Origin: a virus
Virus record (IMG/VR): IMGVR_UViG_3300021963_005223
Coordinates: 17,273-81,272 of that record
Reading direction: 5' to 3' (one strand)
DNA: 64,000 bases
The position numbers and the translations under genes are program-made. Position 1 is the first letter of the stretch. Every line of letters begins with the position of its first letter. Under the pieces are notes generated by a model that was not told the origin of the DNA, did no database searches, and worked only from the letters and a program-made list of their open reading frames with translations. This document shows positions 45,991 through 57,049 of the stretch, piece after piece.

Positions 45991-48927
45991 ATGGCATCTA
46001 TAATCAGAATTAAACGCTCGTCTACAAACGGAAATCCAGCAACGCTGGGTGCTGGTGAACTAGCATACTCTGCCTTAGCAGGAACAGTATCGAATGGTGG
46101 TGATCGCCTATACATAGGTATGGGTACAGAAACCTCAGGTAATGCTGCGAACCACGTAATTATCGGTGGTAAGTATTTTACCGATATGATGGATCATACT
46201 CCAGGAACTTTAACTGCAAGTTCTGCACTTATTACTGATTCCAGCAATAAAATTGATGTAATTAACGTAGGAAATTTAACTCTTACTGGTAGTACAAATA
46301 CTATTAGTTCCACTGATACTAATGGTAATATTTTATTAGACCCAGCTGGCACTGGCTATGTTCAGGTCGTTGGTACTAATGGTTTTATCCTTCCTGTTGG
46401 TACGACTGCTCAAGCAGGTCCAGCAATCCAAGGTACTGTTCGTTACAATACTGATAAATCTTCTTTCGAAGGTTACAACGGAACTAACTGGGGTTCACTT
46501 GGTGGTGTTAAATCTGTTGATGGTTTAACATATATTATCGCTGAAACTTCTCCAGGTGCTTCTGACGATACATTAAGATTCTACGCAAGTAATAACGTCA
46601 CTGCTGTTCAAGTAGCTACATTAGATCAAACTAAATTAGCAGTTCTACAAACTACTGCTTCAACTAGCACTACTACTGGTGCGTTGACCGTAGCTGGTGG
46701 CGTTGGTATCGCAGGTAATTTATATGTTGGTGGCAACCTTAGCATCGCAGGTACTGATTTAAATATCGGTAGCGTACAATTCAATAATGGTTTAACATTA
46801 TCTGGATCTACAACTGCTGCAACTGAATACTTCACAATTACCGATGGCGCAGCAACTCCAGTAACAAAATTCCAAGTAGATACTTCAAGTGGTAATACCA
46901 CTATCGCTGGAACATTGAGTGTTACTGGTGCTACAACTATTACTGGCGCAGCTACTCTAAGTTCTACTCTTGGTGTTACTGGTGCTACAACATTAAGTTC
47001 TACTCTTGGTGTTACTGGCGACCTTTCTGTAAACACTAATAAGTTTACTGTTGCTTCTGCGACTGGTAATACTTCTGTTGCTGGAACATTGGGTGTTACT
47101 GGTGCTACAACATTAAGTTCTACTCTTGGTGTTACTGGAGCAACTACTCTAAGTTCTACTCTTGGTGTTACTGGTGCTACAACTCTATCGAGCACATTAG
47201 ATGTAACTGGCAACTTAAACGTAAACACTAACAAATTCAGTGTTATCGCATCATCTGGTAATACTTCTATTGCTGGTACTTTAGGTGTAACAGGTAATAC
47301 AACTCTATCTGGTACTCTTGGTGTAACTGGTGCTACTACTCTTTCTTCTACAGCTAACGTAGTTGGAGATTTCTCAGTTGCTACCAACAAGTTTACTGTT
47401 GCAGCTTTAACAGGTAATACAGCTGTAGCTGGCACTTTAGGTGTTACTGGCGATACAACTTTAACAGGCGACTTGGCAGTTAATGGTGGTGATATTACTA
47501 CCACCGCTACAACATTTAACTTAATTAATACTACTGCGACTACTTTAAATATTGGTGGCGCAGCGACTTCTCTAACACTTGGTGCTACAAGTGGTACTGC
47601 TACTATCCGCAATACTACTGTTGCGATTACCAATAATGCTACAGTTGGTGGCACTTTAGGTGTAACAGGTAATACTACTCTATCAGGTACTCTTGGCGTA
47701 ACTGGTGCTGCAACGATTACTGGTATTATTAATGCCAACGGAGGTATTACTGCAACTGGTTCTGTTAGTGTAACTGCTGGTGGAACAAATACAAATATTA
47801 ACCTTGTCCCACAAGGTACTGGTACTGTTGACGTTGCAAGTAAGCGTATTACCAACGTTGCTGAACCAACTCAAGCTACAGACGCTGCAACTAAGAACTA
47901 TGTTGATGCTGTTAAGACTGGTTTAGATCCAAAGGATTCAGTTCGTGTCGCTACAACTGCTGCATTAACTGTTACTTACTCTAACGGATCTTCTGGTGTC
48001 GGAGCAACATTAACCAATGCTGGAACACAAGCTGCAATAACTATCGACTCTATTGTACTAGCAGTCGGAGATCGTGTCTTAGTTAAGAACCAAGCAACTG
48101 CTTCCCAGAATGGTATCTATACTGTAACCAACGTTGGTTCAGCTTCTACAAACTGGGTATTAACTCGTTCTATTGACGCTGAAACATCAACAGAACTTAC
48201 TGGTGGTGCATTTACTTTCGTTGAAGAAGGTACTACTAATGGTGATAATGGTTTCGTTTGTACTACAGACGGAGCAGTTACAATTGGTACTACATCAATT
48301 AACTGGGTACAGTTCTCTGGTGCTGGTCAAATTATTGCTGGTGCTGGTTTAACTAAGACTGGTAACCAAATTGACGTTGTAGGTACTGCAAACCGAATTG
48401 ATGCTAACGCAGATAATATTGACATTTCTGCAAACTATGTTGGTCAAGCGTCTATTACAACTCTGGGTACTATTAGTACTGGTACTTGGCAGGGTACTAT
48501 TGTTGCTGGTCAATATGGTGGTACTGGTGTAAACAACTCAGGTAAGACAATTACTCTTGGTGGTAACTTAACTACTAGTGGTGCGTTTAACACTACTCTT
48601 ACTGCAACTGGCACAACTTCTGTCACTCTTCCAACTTCTGGAACTCTTGCGACATTAGCTGGTACTGAAACATTTACCAACAAGACTTTAACATCACCAA
48701 CAATCAACTCTGGTGCTATTTCTGGAACATTCACTGGAAATGCAACATTGTCAGGTGTAATCACTTTATCAAACACAACTGATGCAACCAGCACTACTGC
48801 TGCTGGAGTTGTTATGTCTGGTGGCTTGGCAGTTGCTAAAGCAGTATATGTTGGTACAAACATTACTGGTGCGGGTGCTTCAACTTCGACTCTTGATGGA
48901 TTTAACATCGATGGTGGAACTTACTAA
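45991..48927 (+). CDS. Tail fibre protein (Thr/Gly-rich, 978 aa)
   Basis: IIRIKRS...GELAYS head, GVTGATTLSSTL repeats, DRVLVKNQ..QNGIY, ends IDGGTY. Confidence 0.85.
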   Translation: MASIIRIKRSSTNGNPATLGAGELAYSALAGTVSNGGDRLYIGMGTETSGNAANHVIIGGKYFTDMMDHTPGTLTASSALITDSSNKIDVINVGNLTLTGSTNTISSTDTNGNILLDPAGTGYVQVVGTNGFILPVGTTAQAGPAIQGTVRYNTDKSSFEGYNGTNWGSLGGVKSVDGLTYIIAETSPGASDDTLRFYASNNVTAVQVATLDQTKLAVLQTTASTSTTTGALTVAGGVGIAGNLYVGGNLSIAGTDLNIGSVQFNNGLTLSGSTTAATEYFTITDGAATPVTKFQVDTSSGNTTIAGTLSVTGATTITGAATLSSTLGVTGATTLSSTLGVTGDLSVNTNKFTVASATGNTSVAGTLGVTGATTLSSTLGVTGATTLSSTLGVTGATTLSSTLDVTGNLNVNTNKFSVIASSGNTSIAGTLGVTGNTTLSGTLGVTGATTLSSTANVVGDFSVATNKFTVAALTGNTAVAGTLGVTGDTTLTGDLAVNGGDITTTATTFNLINTTATTLNIGGAATSLTLGATSGTATIRNTTVAITNNATVGGTLGVTGNTTLSGTLGVTGAATITGIINANGGITATGSVSVTAGGTNTNINLVPQGTGTVDVASKRITNVAEPTQATDAATKNYVDAVKTGLDPKDSVRVATTAALTVTYSNGSSGVGATLTNAGTQAAITIDSIVLAVGDRVLVKNQATASQNGIYTVTNVGSASTNWVLTRSIDAETSTELTGGAFTFVEEGTTNGDNGFVCTTDGAVTIGTTSINWVQFSGAGQIIAGAGLTKTGNQIDVVGTANRIDANADNIDISANYVGQASITTLGTISTGTWQGTIVAGQYGGTGVNNSGKTITLGGNLTTSGAFNTTLTATGTTSVTLPTSGTLATLAGTETFTNKTLTSPTINSGAISGTFTGNATLSGVITLSNTTDATSTTAAGVVMSGGLAVAKAVYVGTNITGAGASTSTLDGFNIDGGTY
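46912..47350 (+). repeat. 36-bp coding tandem repeats (GVTGATTLSSTL)
   Basis: Repeated ggtgttactggtgctacaacattaagttctactctt units; boundaries approximate. Confidence 0.85.
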
Positions 48928-48938
48928 ATAGTATCATA

Positions 48939-48970
48939 AGGGTAGTTGTTACTACCCTATTACCTTTTTT
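48939..48970 (+). terminator. Hairpin, possible terminator after the first long fibre gene
   Basis: AGGGTAGT-tgtt-ACTACCCT then attacc and a T run; CTAAATA at 48924-48930. Confidence 0.5.
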
Positions 48971-48980
48971 AAGGATTTGA

Positions 48981-50954
48981 ATGGCTAATAAAGTCTTACT
49001 GAAGAAGTCTTCAGTTGCGGCAAAAATTCCGCTATCAACTGATTTGGATTACGGTGAATTGGCATTAAACTATGCTGATGGTAAACTGTATTTCAAAAAT
49101 TCGTCAAATGCAATTCAATCCTTCACAAACGACTCTTCGCTCGTTACCTTAACTGGTACACAAACCCTCACCAACAAAACCCTCACATCACCAACTTTAA
49201 CTGGTGGTACGATCAACAACACCATAATTGGTGGTTCAACTCCAGCTGCAGGTTCTTTCACCACTTTAACAGCGAGTAGTACAATAACTGCTTCTGGAAT
49301 TGTTAGTGGTTCAGAATTAACTTCAACTCTGGCAAGTGGTGACGAGGGTGGACAGATAAATTTAGCAAAGCCACCAAACGCCACGATAGCTGCTGGAGTC
49401 ACGATTGATGTATGGCAAAATAGATTAAGATTTTTTGTACAAGGTGGTGATGCTCGTGGCGCATATATTGACTTATCAGCTGCAAGTGCAGGTGTAGGCA
49501 CTAATCTTATATCAACATCTGGCGGTGGTACATTAACTTCGATTACTGCTGGTACTGGTTTAACTGGTGGAACAATTACAACTTCTGGTACTATCGCAAT
49601 CGATACTTCCGTTGTTGCGACATTAACTGGTACTCAGACATTAACCAATAAGACTCACGATAATACTAATAGTTATGTCACTAAATCGTCGTTGTTTACA
49701 CTTCAAGACGCAACTGATACAACTAAACAAGCAGTATTTTCTTTGTCTGGTATTACAACTGCCACAACTAGAACATATACTCTTCCAAATGCAAGCACTA
49801 CATTAATTGGTGCAGCTGGTGGAACTTTTAGTGGTGGTGTAACTTTTTCTAGCGCAACGAATTATTTTGGTAACTCTACTGCTACAGGAACAACAGAACT
49901 TGCTAGTGGAGCAACAGTTTCGGCTTCTACTAAAACAGTTAATATTGGTACTGGTGGTCTTACTGGTTCAACAACTACAATGGCTATCGGTTCCACATTT
50001 GGAACTACTGTAACAGCAAATGGAACTTGGACATATTCAACTCCACTAGCAAACTCAAACTTAGCAAATTCTGCAATAACTATTAATGGTACTTCCATCA
50101 GTTTAGGTAGTTCTGGATCAATTACTACTACTGCTATTACTGAAGGAACGAACCTTTACTATACTAATGCAAGAGCAAGAGCAGCTCAATCAGCTGGTAC
50201 TGGTATTTCTTATAATAGTACTACTGGTGTTATTAGCACTGTTCAAGATATTGCGACAACTGCTTCACCAACATTCGCTGGATTATCAACTACTGGAACT
50301 TTAACAGTTGGTGGCGATTTAGTTGTTAACGGAACAACTACTACTGTTAACTCTACTACAATAACAGTTGACGATAAAAATATTGAGTTGGGATCTGTAG
50401 CTACCCCAACAGATATTACTGCCAATGGTGGTGGTATTACATTAAAAGGTAGCACTGACAAGACCTTTAACTGGGTTTCTTCTACTGCATCTTGGACTTC
50501 TTCAGAGAATTTAGATTTAGCATCTGGTAAAACATTTAAAATTAATGGTTCAGATGTATTGACATCTAGTCAAGTATTGGGTAAAACTCTACCTTCTGGA
50601 ACTGTTGTTGGTACTACAGATTCACAGACGCTTACAAATAAAACACTAACAAGCCCAACGATAAATAATGCTACAGTAAATAATTTAATAATCACTGGAA
50701 CTTTAACAGCAGGTGGTGGAGTAGGAACTGCTGGACAAATTCTTCAGTCTACTGGAACTGGTGTTGAGTGGACGAGCGCAGCTGGCTCTGATCCAGCTGA
50801 TATAATGTATTTTAATATATTAAGTAGAGTTGGTGAAGTACAAGCAAAGCTAACTTCGCTTTTGCAGAATTATTTAGATTTCGACAATCAAACATTTAGA
50901 ACTCCAGTTGGATTTGTTGACACGAGAACACAAACTATTAATGTAACAGGATAA
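48981..50954 (+). CDS. Tail fibre protein (657 aa)
   Basis: LKKSSV...GELALNYADGKLYFK head; TQTLTNKTL repeats. Confidence 0.82.
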   Translation: MANKVLLKKSSVAAKIPLSTDLDYGELALNYADGKLYFKNSSNAIQSFTNDSSLVTLTGTQTLTNKTLTSPTLTGGTINNTIIGGSTPAAGSFTTLTASSTITASGIVSGSELTSTLASGDEGGQINLAKPPNATIAAGVTIDVWQNRLRFFVQGGDARGAYIDLSAASAGVGTNLISTSGGGTLTSITAGTGLTGGTITTSGTIAIDTSVVATLTGTQTLTNKTHDNTNSYVTKSSLFTLQDATDTTKQAVFSLSGITTATTRTYTLPNASTTLIGAAGGTFSGGVTFSSATNYFGNSTATGTTELASGATVSASTKTVNIGTGGLTGSTTTMAIGSTFGTTVTANGTWTYSTPLANSNLANSAITINGTSISLGSSGSITTTAITEGTNLYYTNARARAAQSAGTGISYNSTTGVISTVQDIATTASPTFAGLSTTGTLTVGGDLVVNGTTTTVNSTTITVDDKNIELGSVATPTDITANGGGITLKGSTDKTFNWVSSTASWTSSENLDLASGKTFKINGSDVLTSSQVLGKTLPSGTVVGTTDSQTLTNKTLTSPTINNATVNNLIITGTLTAGGGVGTAGQILQSTGTGVEWTSAAGSDPADIMYFNILSRVGEVQAKLTSLLQNYLDFDNQTFRTPVGFVDTRTQTINVTG

Positions 50955-50957
50955 ACC

Positions 50958-52949
50958 ATGGCAAATAGAATTCCTTTAATTATCGATTCAACATCGAAAC
51001 GAATAAAAGAATTACCTTCTGGAGATAACTTAGATCTTACAGGAAATGGTATTTCTGCAGTTCGTGATATTATTCCAGAAACAGATGTAACATATAACTT
51101 AGGTTCTGCAACTAAGAGATGGAACTCTCTTTATGTTTCTGGAAACACAATTTTTGTTGGTACTGCGAGCATCTCAGTTAACGCAAGCAACATTCAAATT
51201 GGTATCGGTGCGAATACTGCAACTATTCCTGTAGCTTCTTCCCAAACTTTTGCCACTTTAAGTGGGTCAGAAACATTAACAAACAAGACAATCAATTTAG
51301 CAAATAATACACTAACTGCAACTAGTGCACAAATTCTTGCTGCTGTTTCTGACGAAACTGGTTCTGGTGTTTTGGTATTTAATACTAGCCCTACTCTTGT
51401 AACTCCAATTCTTGGAACTCCGCAGTCTGTTACATTGACAAACGCTACTGGCTTACCAGTTTCAACTGGTATCTCTGGTTTAGGTACTGGCGTCGCTACT
51501 TTTTTAGCTACACCATCTTCTGCAAATTTAGCTGCAGCATTAACTGATGAAACTGGTTCTGGCTCTGTAGTATTCAGCGCATCGCCAACATTTACTGGTA
51601 CTGCAAATTTTGCAGCGATTGGAACAACTGGGAATGCAACAGTTGGTGGTAACTTAACAGTTACTGGTGATTTCATTGTCAATGGAACTACAACTACTGT
51701 TAACTCTACTACAATAACAGTTGATGATATTAATATCGAATTAGGTTCTGTAGCTACACCAACTGATATTACAGCCAATGGTGGTGGTATTACTCTTAAG
51801 GGTACTACAGATAAGACTATCAGTTGGTCTTCAATCGGTTGGACTTCTTCTGAAGATTTTAACCTTGCTACGGGTAAATCGTTTGAAATTAATGGAACTT
51901 CTGTTTTATCATCCACAACATTAGGTTCTGGTGTTATTAATTCTTCGTTAACATCGGTTGGTACTATTGCTACTGGTACTTGGCAAGGTACTATCGTTAG
52001 TCCAACTTATGGTGGCACTGGTGTTAACAACGGAACTAAGACTATCACTCTTGGTGGTAACTTAACAACTTCTGGTGCATTTAATACTACATTAACTGCA
52101 ACAGCCAATACTACAGTAACACTACCAACTACTGGAACTCTTTCTACTTTAGCTGGTACAGAAACACTAACAAATAAAACAATCGCTGCTGGTTCAAATA
52201 CTATTAGCGGATTAACCAACGCAAACCTTTCTGGTTCTGCTGGTATCACTAATGCAAACTTAGCGAATAGTTCTATTACTGTTGGCAATACTGCTATTTC
52301 TCTGGGTGCTTCAAGTACTACACTTGCTGGTTTAACTTCTGTTACATCAACATCTTTTGTTGGTGCTTTAACTGGTAATGCTTCTACTGCAACAACTCTT
52401 GCAACAGCAAGAGCAATCAATGGCGTAAACTTTGATGGTAGTGCTGCAATTACAATCACTGCCAATACCACTAACGGATTAACAATTGGTACTGGTCTTT
52501 CTGGAACTTCATTCAATGGTTCTTCAGCTGTCACTATAGCAATCGATTCTACTGTTGCTACTTTAACTGGTACTCAAACTCTTACCAACAAATCATTGGG
52601 TGGATTTGATCAAAAGACTGGTTCTACTAGCATCGCCAATAATGCAGTTGCTCAAGCATCAGTTGCAACAATTACTCAGACTGCAGTCGATACATTCGCA
52701 GCAGCGACTTATCGTTCAGCTAAGTATGTTATTCAAATTACACAAGGATCAAATTACCAAGTTGAAGAAATTCTAGTTATACATAACGGAACAACCACTA
52801 CATTAACCAATTATGCTGTTATGAACACCAATGGCATTCTAGGAACTTTTGCAACAGATATTAGTGCAGGTAATGTGCGTTTATTGGTAACAATGAATTC
52901 TGCAACAGCTGCAACAATAAATATAACAAGAACGACAATAGTTGTATAA
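50958..52949 (+). CDS. Tail fibre protein (663 aa)
   Basis: YNLGSATKRW, DETGSG repeats, C-terminal YRSAKYVIQ domain. Confidence 0.82.
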   Translation: MANRIPLIIDSTSKRIKELPSGDNLDLTGNGISAVRDIIPETDVTYNLGSATKRWNSLYVSGNTIFVGTASISVNASNIQIGIGANTATIPVASSQTFATLSGSETLTNKTINLANNTLTATSAQILAAVSDETGSGVLVFNTSPTLVTPILGTPQSVTLTNATGLPVSTGISGLGTGVATFLATPSSANLAAALTDETGSGSVVFSASPTFTGTANFAAIGTTGNATVGGNLTVTGDFIVNGTTTTVNSTTITVDDINIELGSVATPTDITANGGGITLKGTTDKTISWSSIGWTSSEDFNLATGKSFEINGTSVLSSTTLGSGVINSSLTSVGTIATGTWQGTIVSPTYGGTGVNNGTKTITLGGNLTTSGAFNTTLTATANTTVTLPTTGTLSTLAGTETLTNKTIAAGSNTISGLTNANLSGSAGITNANLANSSITVGNTAISLGASSTTLAGLTSVTSTSFVGALTGNASTATTLATARAINGVNFDGSAAITITANTTNGLTIGTGLSGTSFNGSSAVTIAIDSTVATLTGTQTLTNKSLGGFDQKTGSTSIANNAVAQASVATITQTAVDTFAAATYRSAKYVIQITQGSNYQVEEILVIHNGTTTTLTNYAVMNTNGILGTFATDISAGNVRLLVTMNSATAATINITRTTIVV

Positions 52950-52980
52950 TTTCAAATTAACTCGTGGATAGGGAAACGGG

Positions 52981-55563
52981 ATGGCAAACGAATTCATAGT
53001 AAAAAATGGTCTAATCGCACCAAATGTGCAGGTTTCTGGTTCATCATCAGGAATAACTACACTAAACGCTGCAGCCACTGCATCTGGTACATTAACACTT
53101 CCAGCAGCAACTGATACTCTACTTGGTAGAGCAACAACTGATACTTTAACTAATAAAAGTATTAGTGGATCTACCAACACTCTAACAAACATCCCAAACT
53201 CTGCGTTAACCAATTCAACCATATCTGGTGTTGCTCTTGGTAGTAACTTAAACGCATTAACGATTGGAACTGGTTTAAGTGGAACTTCATATAATGGTTC
53301 TTCTGCTGTAACAATCGCACTTACAAGCACTGGTGTTACTGCTAGTTCTTATGGTTCTTCTACAGCAGTTCCAGTTTTAACTATTGATGCACAAGGACGA
53401 ATTACTGCAGCATCCACAGCAACAATCTCTGGTGCTTTAACTTTCACTGGTGATGTTACTGGATCAGGTACAACAGGAACTTCTACTGCATTAACTCTGG
53501 CATCCTCAGGTGTTACTGCTGGCACTTATACTAAGATTACAGTTGATGCTAAAGGTCGTGCCACTGTAGGTGCTTCTGCTACAACTACCGATATTGCTGA
53601 AGGTACTAACTTATATTACACAGATGCTCGTGCAAGAGCATCAAACTCAGCTGGTACTGGCATTTCTTATAACAGTTCTACTGGTGTTATCAGCACTGTT
53701 CAAGATATTGCAACCACAGCTTCCCCAACATTCGCTGCTGTTACTACAACTGGTAATGGATCTGTTGGTGGCAATTTAACAGTTACTGGTGACTTAACTG
53801 TTAATGGAACCACAACTACTGTTAACTCAACAACACTAACTGTTGACGATAAAAATATTGAATTGGGTTCTATCGCTAGCCCATCAAATGCAACTGCAGA
53901 TGGTGGTGGTATCACTCTTAAGGGTGCTACAGATAAAACCTTTAACTGGGTAAACGCTACTGGTGCTTGGACATCATCTGAAGATATAGCATTAGCAGCG
54001 GGTAAAGATTTAGTCCTTGCTGGGTCAACATCTGGAACTGTTAGATTAGAAGCAACTGCTACAGCTGGAACAACTACTATTGTTTTCCCTGCTACATCTG
54101 GAACTGTTGTAACAACAGGTGATACTGGTTCTGTAACCAATACAATGTTGGCAGGTTCCATTGATACATCTAAGATTACTGGTTTGGCAGCATCTGCTAC
54201 AACAGATACAACAAACGCTGCAAATATTACTAGTGGAACATTACCTAATGCAAGATTAAGTGCCATTCCTAACTCTGCTCTGGCAAGTAGTTCTGTAACT
54301 GTTGGTACTACTGCGATTGCTTTAGGTGCTTCTTCAACAACTCTAGCTGGTTTAACATCGGTTACTTCTACTTCTTTCGTTGGCGCATTAACTGGTAATG
54401 CATCTACTGCAACAACTCTTGCAACAGCAAGAAATATTGCTGGTGTTTCATTTAATGGTTCTGCTGATATATCTTTATCATTGGCAACTGGTCATACCGA
54501 TGTTGCTATTACTTCTCCAGCAAATAATCAGCTATTAGTTTATAATTCTACAACTGGTAAGTGGACAAACACTTCTGGTATTACTGGTCCAACTGGTCCA
54601 ACTGGTCCAACTGGTCCAACTGGTCCAACTGGTACTGCAGGTACTAACGGATCTCCTGGTCCAACTGGTCCAACAGGAACTGCTGCAACAGTTACTGTAG
54701 GAACGACAACTACAGGTCCAGCTGCAGTAACAAACAGCGGAACAACAAGTGCTGCGATTTTAAACTTTACTGTACCACAAGGTCCAACTGGTCCAACAGG
54801 TCCAACAGGTCCAACTGGTCCAACTGGTCCAACTGGTACTGCAGGTACTAACGGATCTCCTGGTCCAACAGGTCCAACAGGTCCAGCAGGTCCAACAGGT
54901 CCAACAGGTGCTGCTGGATCAGTTGATAATACCGATAGAACATTAAAGTCTTTGAGATTCACTGGTGTTGGTGGTGACTCTGGTAATGGATCGGTGTTTG
55001 ATTCGTATGCTATTTATCAACAAGGTGGTTCTTGGACTCACCCATATCCAGACTTATGTATCGGTTACCACACTGGTATTAAGATTGGTGCGAGTTCTGG
55101 TTATAACGGCATAAGATTCTATAATAACTCAGATTGGGCGACACAAACATTTTCAGTGAATGATGGTGATAATAATACCAGAGCATATTATGCAATATAC
55201 GCTAATGCTTCTGATGAACGTCTAAAAGAAAATGTTTTAAAGATTCCAAACGCATTAAATAAAGTTTTATCTATTGATGGGGTAACATTCGATTGGATGG
55301 ATAAAACTAAAGATTATGGATTCGTACCATCAGAGAAACATGAAGTTGGAGTTCTTGCTCAACAAATTCAAAAAGTTCTTCCAGAAGCAGTCACTCAAGC
55401 CCCATTTGACTATGATTACGTTGAAGGAAAAGCAGTATCTAAATCTGGTCAGAATTTCTTAACAGTTAAGTATGAAAAACTTGTTCCTCTTTTAATTGAA
55501 GCTATTAAAGAGCAACAAAAACAAATTGAAGAATTAAAGGAGATTGTCAATGCTAAAATTTAA
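52981..55563 (+). CDS. Tail fibre with collagen-like GPT repeats and S74 chaperone
   Basis: [11 protein letters not shown]; (GPT)n tracts; [27 protein letters not shown]. Confidence 0.87.
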   Translation: MANEFIVKNGLIAPNVQVSGSSSGITTLNAAATASGTLTLPAATDTLLGRATTDTLTNKSISGSTNTLTNIPNSALTNSTISGVALGSNLNALTIGTGLSGTSYNGSSAVTIALTSTGVTASSYGSSTAVPVLTIDAQGRITAASTATISGALTFTGDVTGSGTTGTSTALTLASSGVTAGTYTKITVDAKGRATVGASATTTDIAEGTNLYYTDARARASNSAGTGISYNSSTGVISTVQDIATTASPTFAAVTTTGNGSVGGNLTVTGDLTVNGTTTTVNSTTLTVDDKNIELGSIASPSNATADGGGITLKGATDKTFNWVNATGAWTSSEDIALAAGKDLVLAGSTSGTVRLEATATAGTTTIVFPATSGTVVTTGDTGSVTNTMLAGSIDTSKITGLAASATTDTTNAANITSGTLPNARLSAIPNSALASSSVTVGTTAIALGASSTTLAGLTSVTSTSFVGALTGNASTATTLATARNIAGVSFNGSADISLSLATGHTDVAITSPANNQLLVYNSTTGKWTNTSGITGPTGPTGPTGPTGPTGTAGTNGSPGPTGPTGTAATVTVGTTTTGPAAVTNSGTTSAAILNFTVPQGPTGPTGPTGPTGPTGPTGTAGTNGSPGPTGPTGPAGPTGPTGAAGSVDNTDRTLKSLRFTGVGGDSGNGSVFDSYAIYQQGGSWTHPYPDLCIGYHTGIKIGASSGYNGIRFYNNSDWATQTFSVNDGDNNTRAYYAIYANASDERLKENVLKIPNALNKVLSIDGVTFDWMDKTKDYGFVPSEKHEVGVLAQQIQKVLPEAVTQAPFDYDYVEGKAVSKSGQNFLTVKYEKLVPLLIEAIKEQQKQIEELKEIVNAKI
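54583..54917 (+). repeat. 9-bp collagen-coding tandem repeats in two duplicated blocks
   Basis: (ACW GGT CCA)n; both blocks contain ggtactgcaggtactaacggatctcctggtccaac. Confidence 0.9.
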
Positions 55564-55705
55564 TTGTAAAGTTGTTGGAGGTAATATCCCCGAAGGTGAG
55601 TTTGTTATTGTTGAGGTAGATGCAGAAAATGCTGGATATGCATTACCATTAGCAATTGTTAACCATCCTGGATCATTCGTTTTGGAAATAACACAAGTCA
55701 GTTAA
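55550..55705 (+). CDS. Hypothetical 51-aa protein (not in ORF track)
   Basis: AAGGAG SD; [11 protein letters not shown]...EITQVS. Confidence 0.55.
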   Translation: MLKFNCKVVGGNIPEGEFVIVEVDAENAGYALPLAIVNHPGSFVLEITQVS

Positions 55706-55713
55706 TATAAATA
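55706..55713 (+). promoter_or_regulatory. Exact T4 late promoter TATAAATA
   Basis: Intergenic, directly before the oxygenase gene. Confidence 0.7.
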
Positions 55714-55716
55714 CAT

Positions 55717-56298
55717 TTGAAAGTATATATTATGAGAGGTGAATGGGTTTATAATGAGAACTTTTATACCAAAAAAGTTTGCGATTATATTATACAAAAT
55801 GCATTAAAAATTGAACCTGAAAAACCTACATTAGGGTATGAAGGTAAAGTGACTGATGATAAGTATAGAAGAAGCGATATTCGTTGGATAAAACCTGATA
55901 ATACAGATTTTCAATTTCTATTTGATGATTATTGGAGATTTGCTTTATCAGTTAATAAAGATTGGTTTGGTTTTAATATCAATAGCCTTCCATATTTGCA
56001 GTTTACTGAATATGATGAAAGTTATCAAGGTGAATACAAATCGCATCAAGATGTATTCTGGATTAACTCTTCTTCAAATCATAGAAAGTTGACTAGCATT
56101 ATTCAGTTATCTGACGAAACGACATACGAGGGTGGAGATTTAATTTTAGAAAATGTTTCTGAATCTCCTCCAGAAAAAATTAAAAACCAAGGAACTATGT
56201 TAACATTTCCTTCTTTTATTTACCATAGGTTAACTCCTGTAACAAAAGGAAAACGATATAGTTTAGTTGGGTGGTTCGAAGGACCAAAATTTACATAA
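55717..56298 (+). CDS. 2OG-Fe(II) oxygenase (prolyl-4-hydroxylase-like)
   Basis: HQD, RKLT, YEGGDL, FPSFIYHRLTPV, RYSLVGW; start could be ATG 55732. Confidence 0.88.
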   Translation: MKVYIMRGEWVYNENFYTKKVCDYIIQNALKIEPEKPTLGYEGKVTDDKYRRSDIRWIKPDNTDFQFLFDDYWRFALSVNKDWFGFNINSLPYLQFTEYDESYQGEYKSHQDVFWINSSSNHRKLTSIIQLSDETTYEGGDLILENVSESPPEKIKNQGTMLTFPSFIYHRLTPVTKGKRYSLVGWFEGPKFT

Positions 56299-56307
56299 GA
56301 GAAAATT

Positions 56308-57048
56308 ATGGCTATTGTAACATCAAGACAAGGACTTAAAGAGTATGCACTAAGAGCACTTGGTGCACCTGTGCTTGAAATAAACGTAGACGAAGACCAA
56401 CTAGAAGATCGCATCGATGAAGCATTAGAATATTGGAAGTTATATCATTATGAAGGTATTGAACGAGTTTATCTAAAACATACTGTCACTTCAACCGATA
56501 TTACAAACAAATACATTCCTATTGCAGATGCAGTTTATGGAATCACACGTGTGATTCCTGTATCACAGACATCCTCTTCTAAAAGTCTTTTTGATGTTCA
56601 ATATCAACTTCGTTTACATGATTTATATGATCTAACTTCAACCTCAATGATTTATTACAAAACCGTAATGTCTCATATCGCTTTACTTGATATGGAACTA
56701 AATGGTCCACAGATGTTTAGATTTAATCGTTTACAAAATAGATTAAATATAGATTTAAAATGGGGTGAGGATGTAAAGGTAGGAAACATTATTGTTTGCG
56801 AAGCGTATCGTGCTTTAGATCCAACTGAATTTTCAAGAGCATGGAATGAATCTTGGTTAAAGAAATATGTTACTGCGCTATTTAAAAAGCAATGGGCAAC
56901 AAACATCAAAAAGTTTTCAGGAATTCAGCTTCCAGGTGGAGTCACTTTGGATGGCGATAAATTGTATGACGAAGCAGTAGGAGAAATTAAAGAGTTAGAA
57001 GACGAATTGCAAAATAAATCTGCTCCACTCGATTTCTTCCTAGGATAA
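56308..57048 (+). CDS. gp13: gp13 neck protein
   Basis: LRALGAPVLEINV, WLKKYVTALFKKQW, LPGGVTLDG. Confidence 0.92.
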   Translation: MAIVTSRQGLKEYALRALGAPVLEINVDEDQLEDRIDEALEYWKLYHYEGIERVYLKHTVTSTDITNKYIPIADAVYGITRVIPVSQTSSSKSLFDVQYQLRLHDLYDLTSTSMIYYKTVMSHIALLDMELNGPQMFRFNRLQNRLNIDLKWGEDVKVGNIIVCEAYRALDPTEFSRAWNESWLKKYVTALFKKQWATNIKKFSGIQLPGGVTLDGDKLYDEAVGEIKELEDELQNKSAPLDFFLG

Positions 57049-57049
57049 C

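Noticed and set aside
46912-47350. 36-bp repeats resembling a CRISPR array in unit length
   Set aside because: Head-to-tail, in frame, varying at synonymous positions, no unique spacers and no cas genes; they are fibre coding repeats
46626-54962. Long minus-strand ORFs (for example 409, 240, 188 and 175 aa) opposite the fibre genes
   Set aside because: Val/Pro/Ala-rich mirror translations caused by Thr/Gly codon bias; no SD or recognisable motifs
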